A stretch of 64,000 nucleotides of DNA from Paragordius varius. Its lineage: Eukaryota > Animalia > Nematomorpha. A program made the translations under genes and the position numbers. Below the pieces are notes generated by a model. That model was given only the letters and a program-made list of their open reading frames with translations, was not told the DNA's origin and searched no databases. The DNA lies in assembly GCA_964247055.1 (NCBI GenBank), contig OZ176051.1, positions 1,240,001 to 1,304,000 of the forward strand, written 5' to 3'. This document shows, piece by piece, positions 11,910 through 24,280 of the stretch (positions are counted from its first letter, which is position 1; each line of letters opens with the position of its first letter).

Positions 11910-11950
11910 GTACCATACAATATTTTCTTACACACATTAATCCATTAGAT

Positions 11951-14327
11951 ATGAATCGTAATATTGGCTTTGAAATATTTTTTGATTCCCAGAAGGATAA
12001 GTTATCGGATAAGAGCGATGTATTATTTCTTAAGCTTCATTGGCTCTTAATTCAAAGTGGATTTTTACTGTTTGATGAGAAAGTTAATGTTTAAGGTATA
12101 TTTTAGGCCAATTATTCTACCGAACTATTACCGAAAGATTGGCAAAACCTTTCAAAATTTACATATAAAAAAGATGATAATATTGTGCATCTTGATATTT
12201 CCAAAAAAGGGACAACGCTTATTTTTGATCTTAAAGTGCATTTTAATTAATTTTAGAGCAATAAATCAGGCAATTCTAAAACCATTCAATTAAATCCAGA
12301 TCAGTACATAGATGACGACTATAAAATATTTAAAAAGTTTTATAATTTAAATTTTAGGGCATATAAAAACCTTAATGAAGTGGATAAAGTATTTGATTGT
12401 CCCTTAGTTACTCATAACAGCGATAATCCTGATTCGGGAAACAACAATGCAGGCGAGAAAAAAGAAAATGTAAAACAAGATAATTTCAAATCATCTTACA
12501 ATGTTGACGAAAATGCCAAAAGTTTTAGGGATCACACACCCGGAACACGGTAAGAAATATAAAATACTGTAAAAATTAAATTTATAAGAAATAATAAAAT
12601 TATTAATATAAGGGATAAAAGGTCAAATATATTTTTACCAAAAACGGTTTTATTTTAATTTATGCATAATATGATAATAGAAATAACCACAAAATCATAA
12701 ACCAATAAACCAATCTATTATATACTTTCCTATGAAAAATCCAAGGAAATATTTTTATGCTTCAAATAAGATTGAATGCAAAAATATGTTAAAAATTAAA
12801 AAAATAAATATGTTTTAATTTAACCTTACTAAAACCATTTTAATGGTGGATAAACTATTTTCAACCTGTAATTCTGGTACGATTCTGATTCTAACCTTCA
12901 GATTTAATAATTGAAAATAAAAGATAATATATTTTTTACAGGGACCAAAACTTGGGTGGGGGGAGTTTTGGGGGTGGTGGGGGCCCTCTGGGCGGAGGAA
13001 GTAGTGGGCCGCCATCTGTCGGGCGAGGGGACATTTATCCAGGAAGCGGACAGAATTCTGACATGTTTTTTGATCCCATGCGGAACATGAGGTAAGAATA
13101 CACCTTTAAAAGTTTTAAAGTAAATGTAAAATAAAAGATTTTAAGAAGATTGTTTTATCAAGAGGTTTGTGCCTAATTGGCTGACTAAAAATAAGGTAAT
13201 ATTGCCAGAATTTGGTTGGTATTCTATTATAGCCGTTAAGTTACCGCCCTAATTTGCTATTTTTTTTCTTTCGTAGTTAATAGGTATTTTTTTTATAAAG
13301 ATTTGATAATCCAACGCTTATACACAAAGATATTATCTGTAACGTCAAAAGTTAATTTAAAAATAGGATAAGTATTTAGTATTTAACTGTTTTAATACAA
13401 ATTAAAATTTGATCAAATATAAAATTGTGTAAGGTAATGAGGTTTCTAACTTTATAGACGAATTTCCTGATTATGGCATAATATTTATAGACCCAATTAT
13501 TTTTTAGATTAAATATTGAATCATAAATGGTTTTTTATTACGATACCCCATGTATGTTAATTTTAGTATAGATACGTTAATTTACAGTGTGCGTAACTAT
13601 ACAATGCTGCTAATATTTGCAGAAAACATATATAGAAAAGATGATTATTATTAATGAATAACAAAAAAGCGACTTTATCTGAAACCTATTTTTACTCATA
13701 TTCTAAGTAGCTATGAAAAAGTGTTTTATTTTAAATTTTTTTCAAATAAAAAGACAACCATTCGTCCAAGACGACAACCATAGAAACCAAGGCGGTCAAC
13801 CATTTCCCCTGGGCGGCGGTCCTTTTAACCCAGATGGCGGATTATTTAGACCGGTTAATCCAAATGCTGGAATCCCAGAAAACTTACCACCTGGAGCCGT
13901 ACCTCCTGGGGCACGTTTTGACCCTTTTGGCCCATCTGTGCCACAAAAAGAGTACTTTTTTAGTTTTTAGTGATATGACATTATTCTATGCATTTGAAGG
14001 ACAATTTATTATAAAGGCAATATTTTTAAACTTTAATATAAGATATTAATGGATCTAAAAATAGAGTAGAATTCATTTATTTTATAATCGTAATGATTTA
14101 GTTTATAGAAAATATCAAGCTTTAAAAATTATGGCTGTCTTTTTAAAAAATATTTATCTAATTCCTACGTTTCTATATAATTTTTATTCTCTAATATGTG
14201 TTATATTATTTAATAAAACCAAGATTTTTATAAAAAAACCAAATTTATATATACATTGTTCTTATAATATTTTAGCCAAAGACCTGATATTCTAAGACCA
14301 CCTGGAAGCGATGATATGTACAGTTAA
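11951..14327 (+). CDS. PSMF1: Proteasome regulator PI31, 7 exons
   Basis: N-terminal GFEIFF...DVLFLKLHWLLIQSGF, LNPDQYID..AYKNLNE, VGRGDIYP, the signature LPPGAVPPGARFDPFGP and C-terminal PPGSDDMYS* (HbYX-like). First three introns: 12083-12106 (24 nt), 12236-12256 (21 nt), 12337-12358 (22 nt). Confidence 0.92.
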
Positions 14328-14506
14328 ATTTCAAGGCAATTTACAGCATGTTTCGGAAAAACTCAATATTATTTCTTGATAATTATGCAATATTATTTCA
14401 ATTCTAGCAAATTTCAAATTGTAGTCTAAAGTTAAAACATAAGCTTTATTTAAAATAAATATTCATTATATTTTAATTACATTTTTTCATTTGAAATATA
14501 ATTTGT

Positions 14507-17500
14507 TTATTGAGTTGGAGGATATTGTTGTGTTTGTTGTTCTTCTGTTGGGGGGTAAGGGGCAGTTTCTGAGTAAGATTGTGGATAATTTGCTTCTTGA
14601 TTCGCTGGTGGGATCGTACCCGTTTCTGCATTATAATTCCAATTGGCAACTTCCTGGTTTGCTGAGTAAGATTGTGGATAATTTGCTTCTGCCGTTGATT
14701 GGTTATAATTCCAATTAACGGCTTCTTCCGGGTTGGTTTCTTGATTAAAAGTTTGCGTAAAATTTGCTTCTTGAGTCACTGGTGTGGGGGTTGTCACCTG
14801 TTCTGCGTTATAACTCAAATTAACTCCTTCTTGATTTGTCCCAATCTCTATGGGCGCTGCAATAGCTCCTCCACCAGTTTTATCATCGTAATAATAGTTT
14901 TCACCACCATACTCTGAATGAAATAAAACAGGGATAAAACATATAAAATAAAGTTATTATATCGTTTAGAAAAACATATTCTTAATAAATGAAAAGGCCC
15001 ATTAGAACGAAAATTGCCATAAGTTTTTGGTGCGCAATATGTATATATATCTTATAATTACTCTTATCATTACCGTTTTCAATGACAATGTTTTGGTTCA
15101 AGGGCACAGTTATGTTTTCGTAAGCGTAATCATTGTAATAATAGTCTTGATAAGTGTAGGCATCTTGATTGCCCGCAGTTGCTCCCTCACTGGTGGAACC
15201 TGCTTGGTCTGTTTTAGTTTCTGGCGTTGTTGAACCTTCTGTGGGTTTTTCATCCGTCTTAATTTTTTTGTGTCGTTTTTTTCGAATAATTTTCTTTATG
15301 ATAAACTCACCTAATACATTAAACCCTTTGTAAATATTGCCAATTTTATTTTTAAAATAAGATAAAAACTAAACCTGTCTCATCCCTCCCCAAAATAAAG
15401 ATAGATATGATTGAGCTTGTGATTAATCCGATAATGACTAAGGCACCCACGATTGATACGGCTTTGCGAGATGGTTGTTCCATTCCTATGTAATATTATT
15501 TCATATCATGATGGAGTAAATTTAATTTTACAATTCTACTGTATTTGAAATAGGCAAACGTAAACACATAAGGACAAATATTTTTTTATTCAAAAGATAA
15601 CGTACCTTTTAAAACTTTAATTTTTCTCACCCAAACTATTTTATTATAATTATAAATAGGTGATTGAGTGTGCTACCAGTTTACATCTCTATTCTTTATT
15701 TTGCGACCCAAAATGTTGAGTAAATAAGTATCAGGTTTTATACGTTTGTGTTATAAAAAAATATTTGTCTTTTAGTATTTACCTTTTGTCTGTCTGTATG
15801 ATTTTAATAATTAAGTTGTCGAAAACATCCATTAACTAATCAAATATTTCCAGATTAATAAAAATATGTTTAATTTTTTTCCTCTAATCTAATAAACATT
15901 TGGTAAATTGTATAGAATTCGATATTATTATAGATTTAGCCTAAGTATTATACTTATTTTGTGCAAATGTATATTTTAAAAAAGTAATTAATTTATCTAG
16001 ATGAATATTTTTAATAACTCTTCATTACATATTCAATTTTTTGTAAGTGATGACATTTTGGGGTAGTTTATAATCCAGATCTTAAAGAAGAAAGAAAATA
16101 CTGCCTTGAAAGTTGTTTTGATTAAAATTTAATTATTAAATACAAACTTTTAGGGTCCAAATTCGGATAGGCTGATTGAATCAAACAGCTGATATTTAAA
16201 TGAATAAATATAAATTAAAAGCTTTTCAAACTTAAAATTTTTGCCATAATATACATTTATTTGCATGTTATATTTGCGATAAAATTAAAAATAACGGCTA
16301 AAAGTTTGAGATGGGTATTTTACAATGTAATTTTTATTTTTTTGGAAAATAAAGGCTAAAGTAGGCATATTTTTTAATTTGGCTCAATGTTAAAAATTTA
16401 ATATATTTAAATTTCAAATGGCTTAATATAAACCTATATAAAATTTCTAAATTCGTTTAAAACATAAAAATTAAAATAAATTGAGGCTAGGAAAGCCATC
16501 CTCGCTTAAATAATTTTTACTAAGATAATTATATATTTTAAAAAATTATAGAAAATAAAAAGGCGCATATTTGGTTAAAGATTAATTTTGATATTTGGGT
16601 TAGAAATCTTATAAAAATAAAGTTTTATTTCCCGTCAATATTTAATATATTAATCTTATTACATAATCCTCCATCTAATTAATTAAATAATATAATATAA
16701 TTTGTATAATAAAAATATATGCCTTTGACTTGATTATTATAAATAATCTATGTTAAACATAACACTGAAAAAATATTTCCGTTTTTCTGCATATCGTTGC
16801 CAAAAATTGGAAAATTACTGTTTTGGTGTTAAAATTAAACAAAACTCTGGTTATAGCAAATAAATTACATTTATAAAAAAACTCAGCTTATCTCATTTTT
16901 AAATTAACATAATATAAAAATAAACCAATCATGATACGTAAAAATGGGTTATTGAAATATAAAATTATATTAACTTTGGAGGGTCCGAGTTACAAATTTA
17001 AGTGTTTGAGCCTGTCCTCGCCCCACTTTGTTTACACCAAGGATTGTGGCAATGTATTTCGTGGCAGGTTTTAATCCAGTTATATTTAAATTTTGCTGTT
17101 AAATATGATAAAAATAAAATTATTGTATATTAAAAATATTAGAAATTAAACTTTCTACCTCTTCATTTGATTGTTTTAATTTTTGTCGATTGGCGTTTTC
17201 CAAATCAAACCCATATTCGATTTCAAAAAAGTCTGCTCCTTCGGCTTTGAGAGTCCACTCTAAAAGGACGCTTGTATCTGCCACTTTTGCCTGAAAATTG
17301 GTAACTGCTTGAGGTACTTGTAGATCTGAATTTCCAATAATCATATTTTTTTTTATCTATTCATTTTTAAAAACCCTTTCGCTTTTTTGAAATTTATTAA
17401 ATTTACAGATTGAAAATATAATTTAACTTACAGTCACACGGAATCAATTCGACACTTTCGACGTTCATGGTTTTTAACATGTTGGGTATTGTTCCTTTCA

Positions 17501-19673
17501 AACTATCAACAACGCTATTTATAGTTGGTAAGCTGTCTTGAGAGGCAAACAAGACTTTGAATGAAAGAATTTGCTTTATTCTGTAAAATAAAAATTTTTT
17601 AAACAATTGTAACTCCCATAAACTTATATATTCCGTAATTTTGGCATTTATTTATATCTGTATTATTGACATTTATTGTGGTTTTATCTTGTAAAGATAT
17701 TATTGGATGTCCTCCTATATTTTAGGGCACGATGTGTACCTTTTTTGAAATTGGGTAAAAAATGATTACAATTTGAATATGTTTTCAAAACACTTTAACA
17801 ATATATTGGTAAAACGTCTATTACATAGACATCGCTTTTGATAAAAAATATTAACATTTCTCCTTTTAGATTTGTACAGAGATTTTAAATACAGGTGTAT
17901 TGAGCTGGCATAAAATATGCATTCTGTTACCCATTCAATTTTTAAAAATTTATATTTGTCAAAAAATTTGATCTCAACTTTTTGACGCAAAATATTTTTT
18001 GGGAATATTTCATGAATTTGTTGGTTAAAGGTGAAATTTAAGTTTAAAATTTTAGTTTACAATTATTTGTAATAATCTAAGGGCAATTGAAAAAATCAGT
18101 TGTTTATTTTGATTGTGTAGAGACACTGTAGTTAAAATGCGATTAAAACTTTATGTGTATGAATGATTATAGTTTTTTACAATTTAATTTCGGAGAATAG
18201 CCAAAAATAAAATTTATATGAAGTGAATGATAAAGAATAAATTTATTTTTGAATAAAAGTTTGAGTTGCTCTGTGTTATTAAAAAAAATTCAAGCATATA
18301 TCATGTTAATTAAATTTTTTGTAATTTTGTCCGATTGTATACACTTTATAAATTTAAGTTTTTTGATAATTGGGATCATGTAGGAAATAAACCAAAAATC
18401 CAAACAGCTGATTAATATAATATTTGGGGTAAAAAATGATATAAACTGCTTTTTATTTATATTTATAATAATTTATAGGTATAGCATATATAAAACTAAA
18501 ATTTATTACAAAAAGTGTTTTCAGCCCCTTTTTTAAAAAAGTTGGTGAATAGGGCCCCACCCTATGTTAAATATGCCTCCATATAACATGACCGCAAATT
18601 TCACAAAGCTTACCGATTCGATAAGGGTTTTAAAAATATATAATTATCTTTAGATGAAGGTATATTTTTAATTATGTCTTGATTTTTTCATTTGCTACAA
18701 ATTTTTTACCCACATTATATAACAAAAAATATTTCATTGAGAGATGGTTGATGACAGAGATACTTAACATAATACTTTACGAATATAATTGAAAATCATT
18801 AAAGCATACTTGTCGACGGTGATTGCAGCAATTTTGACCTGTTTGAAGGTGGAAGCAAATTTTTTTCGCAATACAGAATCTATCTAAAATTTTGTTATAA
18901 AAATTTAGTCATAAAAAGTGTTAAAATCAAATTAAATATAAATAATATAACTTACTGCGGTAAGAAAATTTTCTTCAACTATGTAAAATTGTTTGGAATC
19001 GGGAGCGGCTGAGCTTTCATTAAAATTTGGTATTTGCGTTTTGAATTGGATATCACACTCGGCGTCAGCTAAAATGAAAATGGATATTTTTTTTATATTT
19101 TTGAATAAATATCGTATTATATACTTACCTTTAACACATTCCTTGTATAAACTATAATAGAGGTCAGAACATTCGCATTTCTCCTGGTTTTCATTGAAAG
19201 GCCGGCAATATGATCGGGTTGGGCACGGATCACCATTACACACATCTAATTTAGAATATTTTTACTTTTTTTTCGTAATAGAGTAACGAAAGCTATTATT
19301 GGTCATTTCGCTTTTTAATTGGCTAAAACTGGATTAAATTTTACATGCTGTCTGTTGCCAAGCATGAGAATTTATATTTAAGAGTTAATTGAACACTCGA
19401 TTTTTATAAACAATTTCGAAAATGTAACATGGCGACACGCAGGCATACATTCCATTTTGGCCAATTAAAAAACGAAACGGTAAATACTCGAGTTATTATA
19501 TTTATTATTTAAATTTTAAACCAGAGCAACAAACCTCGTTTAGATCTTTCTCCCATATGACCCTTACATATTCTGAAAAAGGACCCAAGTATAATAACAA
19601 TCAAGAGTATGGAGATATTTTTGGTTACGATTGTCGAAACATTTTTGTTAACGCTTGACTTCCATATATTCAT
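14507..19673 (-). CDS. Type I membrane protein: signal peptide - RSKR - EGF-like - SEA-like - FN3 - TM - Tyr-rich repetitive tail
   Basis: Phase-compatible GT-AG exons: 19673-19535 (hydrophobic leader, RSKR), DVCNGDPCPTRSYC..KCEC, SEA-like FNESSAAPDSKQFYIVEENFLTAIDSVL..., FN3 VPQAVTNF..VLLEW..ITGLKPATKY, TM AVSIVGALVIIGLITSSIISIFIL near 15400-15460, tail ending YPPTQ* at 14507. Extra small exons between 15.5 and 16.9 kb cannot be excluded. Confidence 0.75.
14565..14720 (-). repeat. Intragenic coding repeats (EANYPQSYS x2; NWNYN x2)
   Basis: CTGAGTAAGATTGTGGATAATTTGCTTC occurs twice, and TTATAATTCCAATT occurs twice, on the plus strand. Confidence 0.85.
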
Positions 19674-19958
19674 AATTCAGTTGAAAAACTCAAATACATG
19701 CTGTATTTTTTCAAAGATTTTTTTGGTTCCTTCTGTTTATTTTGGTGTAACTAAGGCAACTGCGCCCGAAAATGCCATTAAAATCATTATTATAATAATA
19801 AACTTAAGATATAAATAAACTTATACACCAATATGATTGTTGTTTTTATATGGAAAATAATTTAAGGCAAATTTTTTTTTATGAATAATAAATGCAAACG
19901 CGATGTTTTGCAAACACATGAAGTGGAACCCAAACTAACTTTTAGGGGTTGGCGGAAA

Positions 19959-20289
19959 ATGCCCACAAACACTGGAATTAAAAGAATTATTCGACGGAAA
20001 AAACGAGATTCTTCTCGGCCACCAATTAAAAAAAGTTTTATTAAAAAACCTGCCGGTTTAAAAAGATCCCGAGTTACCTTTGATGATGGATTAAAAGAAA
20101 TCCGAAAATATCAAACATTATTTTCAGGTTTTTCCATTTTTTCACTTTTTAGAACCTAAGGTAAATGGTGTTCGGGAACTGCTGAGAGAAACGCAATGTC
20201 AAACTTTGGCAAAAGCTATTATTGAGTTGCAAGAAAGTGATAAAATCCTAGAAAGTGCATTGCATACCCTACAAAATTTATTTTTGTAA
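19959..20289 (+). CDS. Small basic orphan protein (about 101 aa), 2 exons
   Basis: Exon 19959-20127 MPTNTGIKRIIRRKKR...KRSRVTFDDGLKEIRKYQTLFS joins through a 25-nt GT-AG intron (20128-20152) to EPKVNGVRELLRETQC...LQNLFL*. I recognise no family. Confidence 0.5.
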
Positions 20290-22829
20290 TAAATGACATA
20301 ATGATACTCCAAAAGGACTTACTTTTATACATTTAAAATATATATATGTATATTATTTTCTAATTTAAGAGCTATGAAAATGTCAACATATCTTATTTAA
20401 ATTTTTGTCGAAATGTCTTAAACATTTTTTTATGTATGCTAGGCTTTTTGGAATAATGCGATGATTTTAGCTTCAGATTACTGTAAAATAATAGAGAAAC
20501 AGATAAAAATAGTGCATGTTTTTTAACAATATTTAGCATTTTTTAAGGTCACCAATAAAGGGATATAATTATAAATGAACAATTAAATAGGTAACAAGAC
20601 AATAGCTGCGTACGTATTACACTTTATAAGGTATATATATTGTTTGGGACGCATTATTGTAATATAAAACCCCTTGAAATTTTGGTCAAAAGTCAAAATC
20701 GGCAGATTTTTGATGAATTTGAAAGCTTTTTTCTGGAAGAAAAATGAAAAAAAATTATGTAGTAAGCTTGATGTGTTTTATTGTTAAACATTTCTTTATT
20801 ATACAACACTAACTTAAATCGACACCTTTGTTTAAAGAATATATTTACATATATAACAGAGGGGATAAGAGATAGATAACAAGAAGATAATTATTGTTGA
20901 CAAAATCTATAAAATACAGCATTCATTGGTTGGACACATAAAACATCTCAATATTGTATTGTTTTCAAAAACGATATATAATTATATATAAGACGATTTC
21001 TGCATAAAATTATTTTATACATATATTTAAATTTTTTAGCATTCTCTACCTTACAAGAGTAATTGACAGGTGCAGAATATTAATTAGGCACACTTATTCA
21101 CCTTTTCAAGCGCATTTTTTAGCTATACTGTCATCTCAACTTTTTTTGTTAAAAAACATAAATTTGGATAAAATTTTATAAACACAAAGTTTATTAGATA
21201 TTAAGCAATTAACCATAAGATTTTAATGAATGTTATCTAAAAGGAATATGGTTTTTTTAAATCATAATCTTGGAAAATTTTACACAATTATAGAAGCAGA
21301 GTTTCAAATCACCAACCTCAAATAACTAGTTTTAAATACTATCCTGTAGTTTCAAAATATCCATTCCTGTTTTTTTATAAATACTCCTATGTGAAAATGT
21401 ATGTCATAAATTTAATTTATATAAAAAAATTCTCATTTAATTTGATTTTCTGTTTACTTAAAATTTATTTTTTTCAAAAAAATCCCTTTTCATCTTCGTT
21501 CATTTTTAAGAACTAAAAAAATGACTAAAAAGAAAAGAAATAAAATGTGTGGACTCAATAATCATTTGTGTCAACTTTCGACTTTTTTTGAAAAATTTCA
21601 CACGACTAATTTGTTTGTTTAATTTTTGTCAAGGAAAGGAAATAAAAAAATGATTTAAACTATATTTTCTTTAGCCAATATTCCATATTTATAATATAAA
21701 ATTTTTAGAAATTCTTTTTATTTTATATAAATTGACAAAAAAGTTAGTGTCTTTGGCTAACAACATATAATGATGTAATCCAGATAAAATGAAAAGCTTT
21801 TGCAAAAATAGTGGTTGACAAATTAAAATAATCATTTTTTGTTTTTTTTATTTTTACAATAAAACTTTTTATGATGGTAACCAGAGCAGCTTATATACGA
21901 AAGTGTCATATCTGTATAATAGATGTCATCAAATTAAGACATTTTTCTTTCTATGATATCCGAAAAATGTTAATCAACAATAAATTTTATAATTATATAG
22001 ATATAAAGGTTATAAAAAAATATTTTTTTAATTATAAATTTTAAAAAGAAAAGATATATTTTGTGGATGATTACATATAAATTTAGTTTCTTTTGACAAA
22101 TAGTATATCGTAACTGAATTTATAAAACCATATCATATATATTACATAATTGGTAATTAGATCACGGAAAGTGATTGCGTGTCTTTATTAAATTGTCAAA
22201 ACTGATTTTATTTATTTATTATCGTAAATTAATTATAATATACAATATTTGTAAATGTAGAGAAAGAAAGAATATAAATTTTAAGATAATTTAAATATAT
22301 TTATTAGTTAATCTTTACATTTTAAAGTTTTTTCTTTAATTCCTTAAAATGATAAAAATAATGATCATTAAAGGGCAAAACTTAGATATGAAAGATAATA
22401 TAATATTAAATCTCCAAATTAGTTAATTTTTTTTAATTGGGGGATCTATTAATATATATTTAACTCCTATTTAAAGTTTTGGAATAAATTTTTATCTTAA
22501 TTAACATAAATATTGGAGCTTATATTATAAAAGGTACCATTAGCATTTAGTAATATAATTAAACATTTTCAAGATTTTTTTGGTTCCGATTTCATTCTAT
22601 AGTTTAAAAAACGGTTCCAGGGAAAGGGTTACGATTCAAATAAAATTAAAAATATTTAAGATAATACTGTAGCAAAATATTAAAAAACATTTTAACCCGT
22701 TTAAAACTGCAGTTTTGGTTTCACGGTTTGAACCGTTTATTATCTCAAAAGGTTATATATAATCTTGCTTTTTCGGTTCCACAAAAACGGTTCTATTTCC
22801 GATTCCCCATAATACCAAGTATAGTCATA

Positions 22830-23860
22830 TGTTTTTATTGGTTTTTTGGTAAGAAAACATGTAATTTTGAAAGAATTTAAAATATCGTACATTGGCTTCT
22901 ACACAATTGTCTGTTTCTCTAGTAATATATGAATGCCGTGTCAGAAAAACTGATTAACTTTTGCGGAAAACCGTTTGTTAGGCCATTTTAAAACGTCTTC
23001 AAAATTGCTTGGGTACTGCTTTGCGAGGGTGTGCCCCATTGATACCAGTCTTTATTAGTTAGATGGGGCCAGATGAGGAGATTTAATGGATGCTCAAAGC
23101 GATCTTAAGGTGTCTTATACTGGTTATGCTATGTGAGACGGACCATTGTCATACAAATACCGTCTGACTAAACTGAGACATGGACTTATTGCCGAAGCGA
23201 TTTGACCTTGGTGTGGATGGACCGGCTTGAAGGTGAGAGCCACGATTTTTTTCACTATGGATTAAAATAAAATCACTGCGCATTAGCCGCCCCAATTTGA
23301 GGCAAAATGATTTTTTTATATGATGCAGAAGGAAGATTCCGCATGTCATTTTGCAATTTAAAATATGATGTTCATTCATATTAGGTGGGACCCATTTACC
23401 AAGTTAATTGGCTTTTCCCATTGCTCTTAGACATCTACTGATTATTTTTGTAATACATGGTAAGGCTTCAAATAATCGCCGTTGTATTGAATCTTGATCA
23501 ATAACTCACACTTGATCATTTTCTCAGTTGTATGGTGTATAAGAGCGCCCGCTCCCTTTTTACACATTGAAATCACGACTTTTAATCCTTGAGCTATGTT
23601 TCGCATGTTTTAATCGATGTAGCATGTTCAGCATATGTTTCTGCCAGCAAATAATGACTCTCACCCTTCGTGATGGCACTGAAGGCCGCATGTTCAAGCA
23701 CAAAAATCGACAATATTAATGAATGATAAAATTAACTGCCTTATGGTGGACATGTCAGATTAACAAAATGAGACCTCTATCAAAATAATCGTCTGCTTTG
23801 TGCTCACGTATTTCGTGGCAATTACTTATGACTATACATAACATATTAATGGTGTTTTTT
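22830..23860 (-). mobile_element. Degenerate mariner (Tc1/mariner) transposon
   Basis: Broken minus-strand translation resembles Mos1-type transposase: AEGESHYLLAETYAE..IKTCE, YDNGPSH, (S)PHLAPSN for YSPDLAPSD, and FEDVLKW..F..HGIH. TIRs not resolved. Confidence 0.75.
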
Positions 23861-24246
23861 ATAGATAATTGATAAATATGCGATCCTATAACCTATTTGG
23901 TGGATAAAGTTTGATAAGTTTTTGTTCTTTTTTATACTTTTTGAGTTAAGGCGGCTATACAATCGATTTTTAAAAAAGGCAACAAGTGTCAAAATTAATA
24001 ATTCACTAAAAATAATAAAAATTAAAAATTTGGAAACCTACGGCGCCTTAAATTTTCAAGAAGGAATATCATTAAAAATTTAATAGCTGGCGAAAAGGAT
24101 TGTGTTGTGTACATAAACGGCATTTTCTTCTAGCAAAAATTTGCAATACAAAAGAATCATTTTATATAAATAATTAATTTTTTTCTTCAAAATTGTCCGC
24201 AGTTTGGACATTAAAACGCCTTTAAATTCCTGCCAAAATTATTTGC

Positions 24247-24278
<32 letters not shown>
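24247..24278. repeat. (AAT)10 microsatellite
   Basis: Direct reading. Confidence 0.9.

Positions 24279-24280
<2 letters not shown>

Noticed and set aside
20085-20115. GLKEIRKYQ resembling histone H3/CENP-A ALREIRRYQ
   Set aside because: No histone-fold sequence follows in any frame or splice form I could build.
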